Assembly: GCA_021414115.1 (NCBI GenBank)
Contig: JAIOPD010000050.1
Location: 5,496-69,495, forward strand
Direction: 5' to 3'
Length of the DNA: 64,000 nucleotides
Source of the DNA: Planctomycetia bacterium
GTDB lineage: Bacteria > Planctomycetota > Planctomycetia > Pirellulales > UBA1268
The notes below the pieces were generated by a model. The model was not told where the DNA came from, made no database searches, and saw only the letters and a program-made list of their open reading frames with translations. Below are positions 37,939 to 45,527 of the stretch, in pieces; positions within the stretch are counted from its first letter, which is position 1; every line of letters starts with the position of its first letter. Position numbers and translations under genes: made by a program.

Positions 37939-38514
37939 TCACGCCGCGTCGATCCGCTTCGCGAGGATCGCGAAGGCCTCGTGCTCCCGCGGCCCGCCGG
38001 TCTTCTCCACGAGCACGCGCAGGTCGGCGAACCTGCGGCGGATCTCGTCCCGCTCGAGGATGTGGAGCCGGGTGACGAGGATCGCCGCCTCGACGACGGC
38101 GTGGGCCGCGCGGTTGAAGCCGATGAAGGGCCGGCCCACATGCACCGCCTCGACGCGGGCCGAGAGTTCGGCCCGCGGCCCGGAGGCGTCGGCGGCCTCG
38201 ATGGAAAACTCCCACGCCTGGCAGGCATCGACGAGCACCCGGCCCGGCACGCGGTCCGCAGGCCGCGACGCCAGGACGTCGTCGAGCCGGCCGGCCACGA
38301 TCCGGGCCAGCAGGAGCACGTCGTCGGTCAGGTGGAAGACGCCGGCCGGCACCCGGGCGAGATTCGCGGCGGTGTGGCTCGTGGCGAAGGGCCGCAGAAC
38401 GAGCCGCGTGATCCGACCGGTCAGCCGCTCGCCCGCGTCCAGGGCCGGCCCCATCGCCGCGACGTGCATGCCGCCGTCCGGATTGGTGGTGGTGACGATG
38501 CCTTCGATGATCAT
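37939..38514 (-). CDS. DUF447-family protein (methanopterin-cluster associated)
   Basis: 191-aa ORF. The MIIEGIVTTTNPDGGMHVAAMGP N-terminus is typical of DUF447. It is adjacent to the beta-RFAP synthase gene. Confidence 0.78.
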   Translation of the reverse strand: MIIEGIVTTTNPDGGMHVAAMGPALDAGERLTGRITRLVLRPFATSHTAANLARVPAGVFHLTDDVLLLARIVAGRLDDVLASRPADRVPGRVLVDACQAWEFSIEAADASGPRAELSARVEAVHVGRPFIGFNRAAHAVVEAAILVTRLHILERDEIRRRFADLRVLVEKTGGPREHEAFAILAKRIDAA

Positions 38515-38583
38515 GCTGCGGCCGCCGGGAAAGGGATTCCCTCATGATAAACTCGGGAGTCCTTTGCACCACGAGCCGAGCCT

Positions 38584-40041
38584 GTGACCGCCCCTCGACC
38601 CCACATCCATTTCGTCACCGGCCGGCTCGCCGAGCCATCGCTGCGGCGGCTGCTGGAAGGGCTCGCGACGAGGGTGGGATTCGACTATTCGGTGCAGGTG
38701 ATGCCCATCACCGTGGCGGCGCTCATGCCCACTCCCTGGATCGCCAAGCGACTCGACGTGCCGGCCGGCACGACCCGGATCGTGATTCCGGGAAACTGCC
38801 AGGGACCGCTCGACGCTTTCGTCGGTGTCACGAACCTACCCATCGAACGCGGGCCGGCCGACCTGCGGGCCCTCGACGAGTTTTTCGGGCAGCAGTCGCG
38901 TGATCTCGCCGGCTACGGCCGCCACGACCTCGAAATCATCGCCGAGATCAACCACGCCCCACGGCTCGAGCCCGCGGCGATCCTTGCCGAAGCCCGCCGG
39001 CTCGTGGCCGACGGCGCTGATCGGATCGACGTGGGCTGCGATCCCGGCAGCGTCTGGGGCGGCGTGGGCGACGTGGTGCGAATGCTCGTCGCCGAAGGAT
39101 TTCGCGTGTCGATCGACAGCTTCGATCCCCGCGAGGTCGCGGCGGCGACCGCGGCCGGCGCGAGCCTCGTGCTGTCGGTCAACTCGTCCAACGCGGCCGC
39201 CGCGGCCGATTGGGGCTGCGAGGTGGTGATCGTGCCCGACGTGCCTTCCACGCTCGAGGGCTTCGACGACACGATCGAGACGCTCACGCGGGCCGGCGTG
39301 CCCTTCCGCCTCGATCCCGTGCTCGAACCGATCGGCTTCGGGTTTGCGGAGAGTCTGGGCCGCTATCTCGATATTCGCAAACGCTACCCCGACGCCGCGA
39401 TGATGATGGGCATCGGCAATCTCACCGAGCTTACGGACGTCGATTCGGCCGGCATCAACACCCTGCTCATCGGCTTCTGTCAGGAGGTCGGCATCCGCTC
39501 CGTGCTCACGACCGAGGTGATCCACTGGGCGAAGAGCAGCGTCAAGGAGTGCGCGCTGGCGCGGGCGCTCGCCTGGCACGCCGTCACCCATCGCACGCTG
39601 CCGAAGCACGTCGAGCCGCGGCTCGTGACCCTCCGCGGCGGCAAGCCGCACGAGCACGGCCCCGAGGTGCTCAGCCAACTCGCGGCCGCGATCCGTGATC
39701 CCAACTTCAGAGTCTTCGCCGAGGGGGGCCTGATCCATCTGGTTGGCGCCGGACTCCACCTCGAATCCCGCGATCCCTTCGCGCTCTTCGAGCAACTCGG
39801 AGCCGCCGGACGCACCGACGTCGATCCCGGCCATGCGTTCTACCTCGGCTACGAAATGGCGAAGGCAGCGACGGCTCTGACCCTTGGGAAGGACTATCGG
39901 CAGGATCAAGCCCTCGACTGGGGCCACCTCACCCAGCCCGAAATCGGCCACGGCCCATCGCGGGCCGCGGCACGTGCGGCCGAGACGTCGGCGCCACTGG
40001 AACGCCCCGCAGCCTCCACGGAGCCATCGACGGCATCATGA
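38584..40041 (+). CDS. Dihydropteroate-synthase-like pterin-binding protein (methanopterin biosynthesis type)
   Basis: 485-aa ORF with a pterin-binding barrel segment (ADRIDVGCDPG...SIDSFDP...LVLSVN...MMGIGNLTELTDVDSAG). It has N- and C-terminal extra domains. It overlaps the pabB start by ATGA. Confidence 0.82.
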   Translation: MTAPRPHIHFVTGRLAEPSLRRLLEGLATRVGFDYSVQVMPITVAALMPTPWIAKRLDVPAGTTRIVIPGNCQGPLDAFVGVTNLPIERGPADLRALDEFFGQQSRDLAGYGRHDLEIIAEINHAPRLEPAAILAEARRLVADGADRIDVGCDPGSVWGGVGDVVRMLVAEGFRVSIDSFDPREVAAATAAGASLVLSVNSSNAAAAADWGCEVVIVPDVPSTLEGFDDTIETLTRAGVPFRLDPVLEPIGFGFAESLGRYLDIRKRYPDAAMMMGIGNLTELTDVDSAGINTLLIGFCQEVGIRSVLTTEVIHWAKSSVKECALARALAWHAVTHRTLPKHVEPRLVTLRGGKPHEHGPEVLSQLAAAIRDPNFRVFAEGGLIHLVGAGLHLESRDPFALFEQLGAAGRTDVDPGHAFYLGYEMAKAATALTLGKDYRQDQALDWGHLTQPEIGHGPSRAAARAAETSAPLERPAASTEPSTAS

Positions 40042-41615
40042 GCCAGTCCGACACCTCGTCGCCGCAGGGTCGCCCGTCAGCCCACGCCGGCATCATCCAT
40101 CCCTGGATCGCCCGGCACTGGACGACCGCGTCGGGCGCCGTGGTGGCCGAGGCGGCGGCGGGAGTCATGCCAGTCGACGTCTTCCGCCACGCCGCGCGAC
40201 TTCCGCACGCCATCTTCCTCGACAGCGCACAGGTGGAGAGCGCCGAGGTTGATCACGCCGCCGCCCACGAAACAGACGGCCCCGCTCCGCTGCGGCTCGG
40301 CCGCTCGTCGTTCGTCGCCGCCGATCCGATTCATTCGTGGCAGGTCGATCGCAGCGGCGCTTGGTCTGCGACCAGCCAGGAGATCGCCGCCGCCTTCGCC
40401 GCCGCGCGAACCCTGCTCGCCGATCTCGCCTGCGCGACGATCCCCGGACTGCCACCCTTTCAAGGAGGCGTAGCCGGTCTTGTCTCCTACGAGTGCGGAC
40501 TGGCCCGCCTCGGCCTGGAACCGCCTCCCGCGGCGAGCCCGGAGCCGACGCTCTCGCTCCACGTCTACGATCTCGTCTTCGCCTACGACCATGACCTCGC
40601 CCAGGGCTGGTTCATCTCCCAGGGAGTGCCTGCCCGCGGCCCGGTCGAGCGGATGCGCCGGGCGACCGAGCGACTCGCCGCATTCCTCGCGGAGCCTGCG
40701 CCGTCGACCCGCGAGCCTGCCGCCGTGGCTGCCCTTCCCGCCACGAGCGGACATCCACTCCCCTCCCATCCGCAGGTTCGCTCGACGCATTCCCGCGAGA
40801 GCTACCTCCAAATGGTCCGCGCGGGCATTGAACTGGTGCATGCCGGCGACATCTTCCAGGCCAACCTGGCGCAATGCTTTTCCGTGGTCGCCGAGGCCGA
40901 TCCGGTCGAGGTCTACCTGCGGGCCCGCAGCGTCAACCCGGCACCGTTCGCGGGCTACTTCGACGCCGGCGGCATCCAGGTGGCGAGCATGTCGCCCGAG
41001 CGGTTTCTGCAGGTCTGCCGCGGCGTCGTTCGCACGCATCCCATCAAGGGCACGCGGCGGATGATCGCGAGCCCCGAGGCCGACCTCTACGCGGGCGCGG
41101 AGCTCGAGGCCAGCGGCAAGGACCGCGCGGAAAACGTGATGATCGTCGATCTCTTACGAAACGATCTGGCCCGCGTCTGCACGCCCGCGAGCGTTCGCGT
41201 CGAGGCACTCTGCCGACTGGAGCGCTACCGCTACGTGCAGCACCTCGTCTCGATCGTGGCCGGCCGGCTGCGGTCCGGCCTGGGGGCGATCGACGTCCTG
41301 GAGGCCGCGATCCCCGGAGGGAGCATCTCGGGCGCACCGAAACACCGGGCCTGCGAGATCATCTCGACACTCGAGGGCGTGGCCCGCGGCTGCTACTGCG
41401 GTTCCCTCGGCTACGTGGGCTTCGATGGCTCGGCCGACTTCAATCTCCTGATCCGCACGCTCGTGGTCGCGCCAGGGTCGATCACCTTTTCCGCAGGCGG
41501 CGGAATCACGGCCGCGAGCGATCCCGCCGCGGAATACGCCGAGTCGCTTCACAAGGCCGAGGGCATGCTCCGCGTGCTCGACGCGCTCTGTATCGGCGGA
41601 GGGCCCACGGCATGA
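40038..41615 (+). CDS. pabB: Aminodeoxychorismate synthase component I (chorismate-binding enzyme)
   Basis: 525-aa ORF. The C-terminal chorismate-binding signature includes SPERFL, HPIKGTRRM, ENVMIVDLLRNDL, GGSISGAPK and YCGSLGY. Confidence 0.88.
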   Translation: MSQSDTSSPQGRPSAHAGIIHPWIARHWTTASGAVVAEAAAGVMPVDVFRHAARLPHAIFLDSAQVESAEVDHAAAHETDGPAPLRLGRSSFVAADPIHSWQVDRSGAWSATSQEIAAAFAAARTLLADLACATIPGLPPFQGGVAGLVSYECGLARLGLEPPPAASPEPTLSLHVYDLVFAYDHDLAQGWFISQGVPARGPVERMRRATERLAAFLAEPAPSTREPAAVAALPATSGHPLPSHPQVRSTHSRESYLQMVRAGIELVHAGDIFQANLAQCFSVVAEADPVEVYLRARSVNPAPFAGYFDAGGIQVASMSPERFLQVCRGVVRTHPIKGTRRMIASPEADLYAGAELEASGKDRAENVMIVDLLRNDLARVCTPASVRVEALCRLERYRYVQHLVSIVAGRLRSGLGAIDVLEAAIPGGSISGAPKHRACEIISTLEGVARGCYCGSLGYVGFDGSADFNLLIRTLVVAPGSITFSAGGGITAASDPAAEYAESLHKAEGMLRVLDALCIGGGPTA

Positions 41616-42289
41616 TCGTCGTGCTCGACAACCGTGATAGTTTCGTCTTCAACCTCACGCGGCATTTTCACCTGCTCGGCGTGGACGCCGTGGTGGTGTC
41701 GAGCCATGAGGCGACTGCCACCGAGATTCTGCGGCTCGGTCCGGCCGCGATCGTGATCTCTCCCGGCCCCTGCACGCCAGCGGAAGCAGGTTGCTCACTG
41801 GAACTGGTCGCGGCCGCACACGGCCGGGTGCCCATGCTCGGCGTCTGCCTCGGCCACCAGGTGATCGCCGCCGCGCTCGGCGGGCGGATCGTCCGGGCCC
41901 TCCGGCCGATGCACGGCCGCACGAGCGCGGTGCACCACGACGGGGTCAATCTCTTCTCGGGCATTCCCAGTCCGATGACGGCCTGCCGCTACCACTCGCT
42001 CATCGTCGAGGCTGCGACGCTCCCCATGCCGCTCACGGCGACGGCCCGCGACGACGCCGGCACGATCATGGCGCTGGCCGACGAGGCTCATGCGTTGTTC
42101 GGCGTGCAGTTTCATCCCGAGTCGATTCTGACGCGGCATGGCTTCCGCCTGCTCGCGAACTTTCTTGAGGCCGCAGGCATTCCGCACCATGCCCGCCTCG
42201 TGGCCACGCTCGACGACGACGTGGCGAGTCAGGCGGCCGACCAGCCGCCGCGGGACGACCCCGCGTCGGGCCCCGTCGTGACCTTCTAG
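41612..42289 (+). CDS. pabA: Glutamine amidotransferase component II (PabA/TrpG type)
   Basis: 225 aa from MIVVLDNRDSFVFNL, with a GVCLGHQ catalytic Cys and FGVQFHPES. It overlaps the pabB stop by ATGA. Confidence 0.9.
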   Translation: MIVVLDNRDSFVFNLTRHFHLLGVDAVVVSSHEATATEILRLGPAAIVISPGPCTPAEAGCSLELVAAAHGRVPMLGVCLGHQVIAAALGGRIVRALRPMHGRTSAVHHDGVNLFSGIPSPMTACRYHSLIVEAATLPMPLTATARDDAGTIMALADEAHALFGVQFHPESILTRHGFRLLANFLEAAGIPHHARLVATLDDDVASQAADQPPRDDPASGPVVTF

Positions 42290-42340
42290 CCCGGCGACGC
42301 CTCACGCGAACGCGCGTTCAACCAACCGCGTCTCCCGTCA

Positions 42341-42530
42341 GGAAGCCCCAAGCGGAAGCGTGGGGAATACGCCCTCCACCCCAACCCACTCCGCACCACA
42401 CTCACGGCAGCCACCCGTCTACCCGTCGCTCGCGCTCCGGGCTTCCCGAAGCACCCGATGCTGCGACCTCCGTCAGGAAGCCCCAAGCGGAAGCGCGGGG
42501 AATACGGCCACCACCTCAACCCGCACCCAC
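42341..42530. repeat. Hairpin repeat family, locus C (one full unit 42341-42446 + second partial unit from 42476; 135-bp period)
   Basis: GGAAGCCCCAAGCGGAAGCGTGGGGAATACGCC...CCACCCGTCTACCCGTCGCTCGCGCTCCGGGCTTCC, then the A-arm again. It lies 50 nt after the pabA stop. Confidence 0.88.
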
Positions 42531-42731
42531 ACCACTGCCCGCTCAGGCGTCAGTCGCTGCCCACCGAGCAGGCTGACGCCTCCTTCAGCCCACCTCGCCT
42601 TTTCAACGCACCAAAATTTTTTCCTCCACGCATCCTTGCTCAGAAAGCACTTCTTTCCCCGACGGGAATCGCTTTTCCCCGGAAATCCGCCCCGCTTTAC
42701 CGGCCCCGCCCCACACCCCCCACCCTTCTCG

Positions 42732-42746
42732 TGGCACGCGATTTGC
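42732..42746 (+). promoter_or_regulatory. Sigma54 (-24/-12) promoter upstream of amt
   Basis: TGGCACG-CGAT-TTGC matches the TGGCACG-N4-TTGC consensus exactly, with GG-N10-GC spacing. It lies about 105 nt upstream of the amt ATG. Confidence 0.6.
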
Positions 42747-42850
42747 CCCTGCTCAGACCGTCGTAACTCTGACGCGGCAGGAGGCTGCGTTGACGGGATT
42801 TCGGCACAGCGGAGGTGCTCGATTTTCTTCACACACGAAGAGGCGGACAG

Positions 42851-44368
42851 ATGACTCGGTTTCACATGTTTCGTTGGTGTTGCATCGCGGCCGTCGTCGC
42901 CGCGGTTCTTTTCGGTCCCAGCGGTTTCTCGACCGCGCTGGTGTTCGCGGAGGGTGAAAACCCATCGACGGCGACGGCGGCGGCCATGCCTGCCCCCCCG
43001 ACCGTCGAGGAAATGGTGCCCAAACTCTGGGTTGCCGCCGACACCGTCTGGGTGCTGGTCTGCGGCATGCTCGTGTTCTTCATGAACCTCGGCTTCGGCT
43101 GCGTCGAGTCGGGCTTCGCCCGTTCGAAGAACTGCGTCAACATTCTCTCGAAGAACTTCGTCGTGTTCGCGGCGACGTCGCTGGCCTACTTCCTCTTTGG
43201 ATGGGACCTGATGTTCGGGGCCGGTGACGGTGCCTGGATCGGAAACTCCGGTTCGTGGATGGTGGGCGGCCTCGACAATAGTCCGGCCGTAGGAGACAAG
43301 TATCAGGGTGTCTACGGCGCGATCTCATGGGCCAGCGTTCCGCTCTGGACGAAGTTTTTCTTCCAACTGGTGTTCGCCGGAACCGCTGCCACGATCGTCT
43401 CTGGTGCCGTCGCCGAACGGATCAAGTACCACACGTTCGTGCTCTTCAGTTTTCTTATGGCGCTTGTGATCTACCCGGTCACCGGCCACTGGATTTGGGG
43501 CTTCGGCTATCTGGCCAAGGAGTGGAACTTCTGGGACTTCGCCGGCTGCTCGGCCGTGCATTCGGTCGGCGGCTGGGCGGCTCTCACCGGAGCCATGATT
43601 CTCGGCCCCCGCATCGGCAAGTATTCGTCGACCGGCAAGGTGCAGGCCCTGCCCGGCCACAACATGATGGCCGCCTTCATCGGCTGTCTCGTGCTCTGGT
43701 TCGGCTGGTTCGGCTTCAATCCGGGCAGCACTTTCGGTGTGGCCGCCGACGGTGGGGCGCTCGCCTCGCAGGTGGCGGTGAACACCAATATGGCAGCGGC
43801 CGCCGCCACCCTCACGGCCACGCTCACTGCTTGGCTCCTACTCGGCAAGCCTGACATCGGCATGACGCTCAACGGCTGCCTCGCCGGCCTCGTGGGTATC
43901 ACGGCCAGTGCCGCCTTTACCAACATCCAGTGCTCCGCGATCATCGGTGCGATCGCCGGCGTGCTGGTGGTGCTCTCGGTGCTGTTCTTCGATCGCATCA
44001 AGATCGACGACCCGGTGGGCGCGACGAGCGTGCATCTGGTGTGCGGCATCTTCGGCACGCTCTGTGTCGGCCTGTTCACGACCAGCGATCTCTCCACTAC
44101 CGTGGCCAACACGCCGATGGGTGCCGCTGCGGTCGGCGGTCCTTACGCCGGGTTGTTCTTCGGTGGCGGCACCAAGCAGTTGATCGCTCAACTCGTGGGC
44201 GTGCTCCTCGTCGGAGCGTACGTCGCCCCGGTCTCGGCGATCTGCTGGCTGATCCTCAAGGCGGTCGTCGGCCTCCGCGTCGCCCCGCAGGAGGAGATCG
44301 AAGGCCTCGACATCGGCGAACACGGCAACGAGGCCTACCACGGCTTCGTGATGGTTCGCACCGAGTAA
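42851..44368 (+). CDS. amt: Ammonium transporter (Amt family) with N-terminal signal sequence
   Basis: 505 aa from MTRFHMFRW. It has 11-12 TM segments and contains FAGTAATIVSGAVAER, AVHSVGGWAAL and VHLVCGIFGT. Confidence 0.95.
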   Translation: MTRFHMFRWCCIAAVVAAVLFGPSGFSTALVFAEGENPSTATAAAMPAPPTVEEMVPKLWVAADTVWVLVCGMLVFFMNLGFGCVESGFARSKNCVNILSKNFVVFAATSLAYFLFGWDLMFGAGDGAWIGNSGSWMVGGLDNSPAVGDKYQGVYGAISWASVPLWTKFFFQLVFAGTAATIVSGAVAERIKYHTFVLFSFLMALVIYPVTGHWIWGFGYLAKEWNFWDFAGCSAVHSVGGWAALTGAMILGPRIGKYSSTGKVQALPGHNMMAAFIGCLVLWFGWFGFNPGSTFGVAADGGALASQVAVNTNMAAAAATLTATLTAWLLLGKPDIGMTLNGCLAGLVGITASAAFTNIQCSAIIGAIAGVLVVLSVLFFDRIKIDDPVGATSVHLVCGIFGTLCVGLFTTSDLSTTVANTPMGAAAVGGPYAGLFFGGGTKQLIAQLVGVLLVGAYVAPVSAICWLILKAVVGLRVAPQEEIEGLDIGEHGNEAYHGFVMVRTE

Positions 44369-44380
44369 CCGTCCAGAAGG

Positions 44381-44433
44381 ATGCCCCAACGGCTTGGGCG
44401 AGCACTCCGCCTCGCTCGCCCAAGCCGGGGCAT
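44381..44433 (+). terminator. Long imperfect hairpin immediately after amt
   Basis: ATGCCCCAACGGCTTGGGCGAG ... CTCGCCCAAGCCGGGGCAT, followed by TTTCC. Confidence 0.4.
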
Positions 44434-44446
44434 TTTCCTCCGCGAA

Positions 44447-44482
44447 GCAGGGCGAGCCATGATTGGCCCGCCCTGCTTTTTT
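44447..44482 (+). terminator. Rho-independent terminator of amt
   Basis: GCAGGGCG-(14-nt loop)-CGCCCTGC, followed by TTTTTT. Confidence 0.7.
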
Positions 44483-44534
44483 GGTCCATCCGGGATTTCC
44501 ATTCGTTACACCTGCGATGAGAGGCTCTCGATCG

Positions 44535-44750
44535 GGAAGCCCCAATCGCTAGCGCGGGGAATACGCCCTCCACCCCAACCCGCTCCGCACCACTCTCACG
44601 CTTAGCCACCCGTCTACCCGTCGCTCGCGCTCCGGGCTTCCCGAGGCATCCGATGCCACGCCTCTTCGTCAGGAAGCCCCAAGCGCTAGCGCGGGGAATA
44701 CGCCTTCCACCCCAACCCGCTCCGCGGAGCCCTCACGCTCAGCCCACCGG
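44535..44750. repeat. Hairpin repeat family, locus D (full unit 44535-44642 + second unit from 44672; 137-bp period)
   Basis: GGAAGCCCCAATCGCTAGCGCGGGGAATACGCC...GTCTACCCGTCGCTCGCGCTCCGGGCTTCC, then GGAAGCCCCAAGCGCTAGCGCGGGGAATACGCC... The second unit decays into the 3' end of the SDR gene. Confidence 0.88.
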
Positions 44751-44753
44751 GCT

Positions 44754-45527
44754 CTACGCGCGGCGGAAGCCGCCGTTGACCGGGAGCACCTGGCCCGTGA
44801 CGAAGGCGGCGGCCGGCGAGGCGAGGAAGTGCACCGCGTGCGCGATATCCTCGGGGGTGCCCCAGCGGCCGAGCATGCTCTCGCGGACTGCCCGCCGCTG
44901 CCAGGCCTCGCTGGCATGCTCGCCCCACGCCGTCTTGATCCAGCCGGGGGCCACGCAGTTGACGCGGACCTTCGGCCCCAGCGACCGCGCCGCGCTCTTC
45001 GTAAACGCCATCACGGCCCCCTTCGCGGCTGCAAAGAGCTCGCCGCTGTCGCCCTCCATGCCGACAGCCGCCTGATCCCAACCGATCGTCACGATCGAAC
45101 CGCCGTCGCGGTCGGCCATCCAGCGGCCAAGCCCCCGGGTCAGCGTCATGGTGGCTGCCACGTCGACCGCGAGCAGGGCGTCGAGCTTTTGCTGAAAGCC
45201 CCACTTCGCAGCGGCGCCGGTGAGCAGGTCGACGCCGGCCACAAGCACGACGGTGTCGATCGCCGGAAGGCTCCCGGTAACGTCGGCCACCAGCCGCTCG
45301 GCAGCCGCGGGCTCCGCCAGATCGGCGGGAAACGTCCCCGCGTGCCGCCCCTGTGCCGCCAGCCGCGCGGCCACGTCGGCGGCCCCGTGCGCCGACCGGC
45401 CATGCACGGCGACCCGCGCCCCTGCGGCGGCGAGCTCCAGAGCCACCGCCAGGCCGATGCCCCGGCTCGATCCCGTCACCAGCACTGTCCGGCCGGCGAG
45501 ATCGCCCCGGCTCAGAAGTTCGCTCAT
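44754..45527 (-). CDS. SDR-family oxidoreductase
   Basis: 257 aa from MSELLSRGDLAGRTVLVTGSSRGIG, the C-terminal part of ORF 44754..46514. It ends in PVNGG. It overlaps the upstream gene's stop by ATGA. Confidence 0.9.
   Translation of the reverse strand: MSELLSRGDLAGRTVLVTGSSRGIGLAVALELAAAGARVAVHGRSAHGAADVAARLAAQGRHAGTFPADLAEPAAAERLVADVTGSLPAIDTVVLVAGVDLLTGAAAKWGFQQKLDALLAVDVAATMTLTRGLGRWMADRDGGSIVTIGWDQAAVGMEGDSGELFAAAKGAVMAFTKSAARSLGPKVRVNCVAPGWIKTAWGEHASEAWQRRAVRESMLGRWGTPEDIAHAVHFLASPAAAFVTGQVLPVNGGFRRA

Noticed and set aside
36758-38587. 604-aa minus-strand and 352-aa plus-strand ORFs overlapping the beta-RFAP synthase and DUF447 genes
   Set aside because: They are alternative frames across two ORFs that have recognisable family signatures. 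Their translations are Arg/Pro/Gly-rich without motifs.
42341-42530. Whether the direct A-arm copies (also at 44535/44672 and 62667/62802) form a CRISPR array
   Set aside because: There are only two direct copies per locus. The sequences between them are themselves conserved between loci and contain the inverted partner arm. The period is about 135 bp, not 60-75 bp. No cas genes are present. The pattern is that of a REP/MITE-like element.
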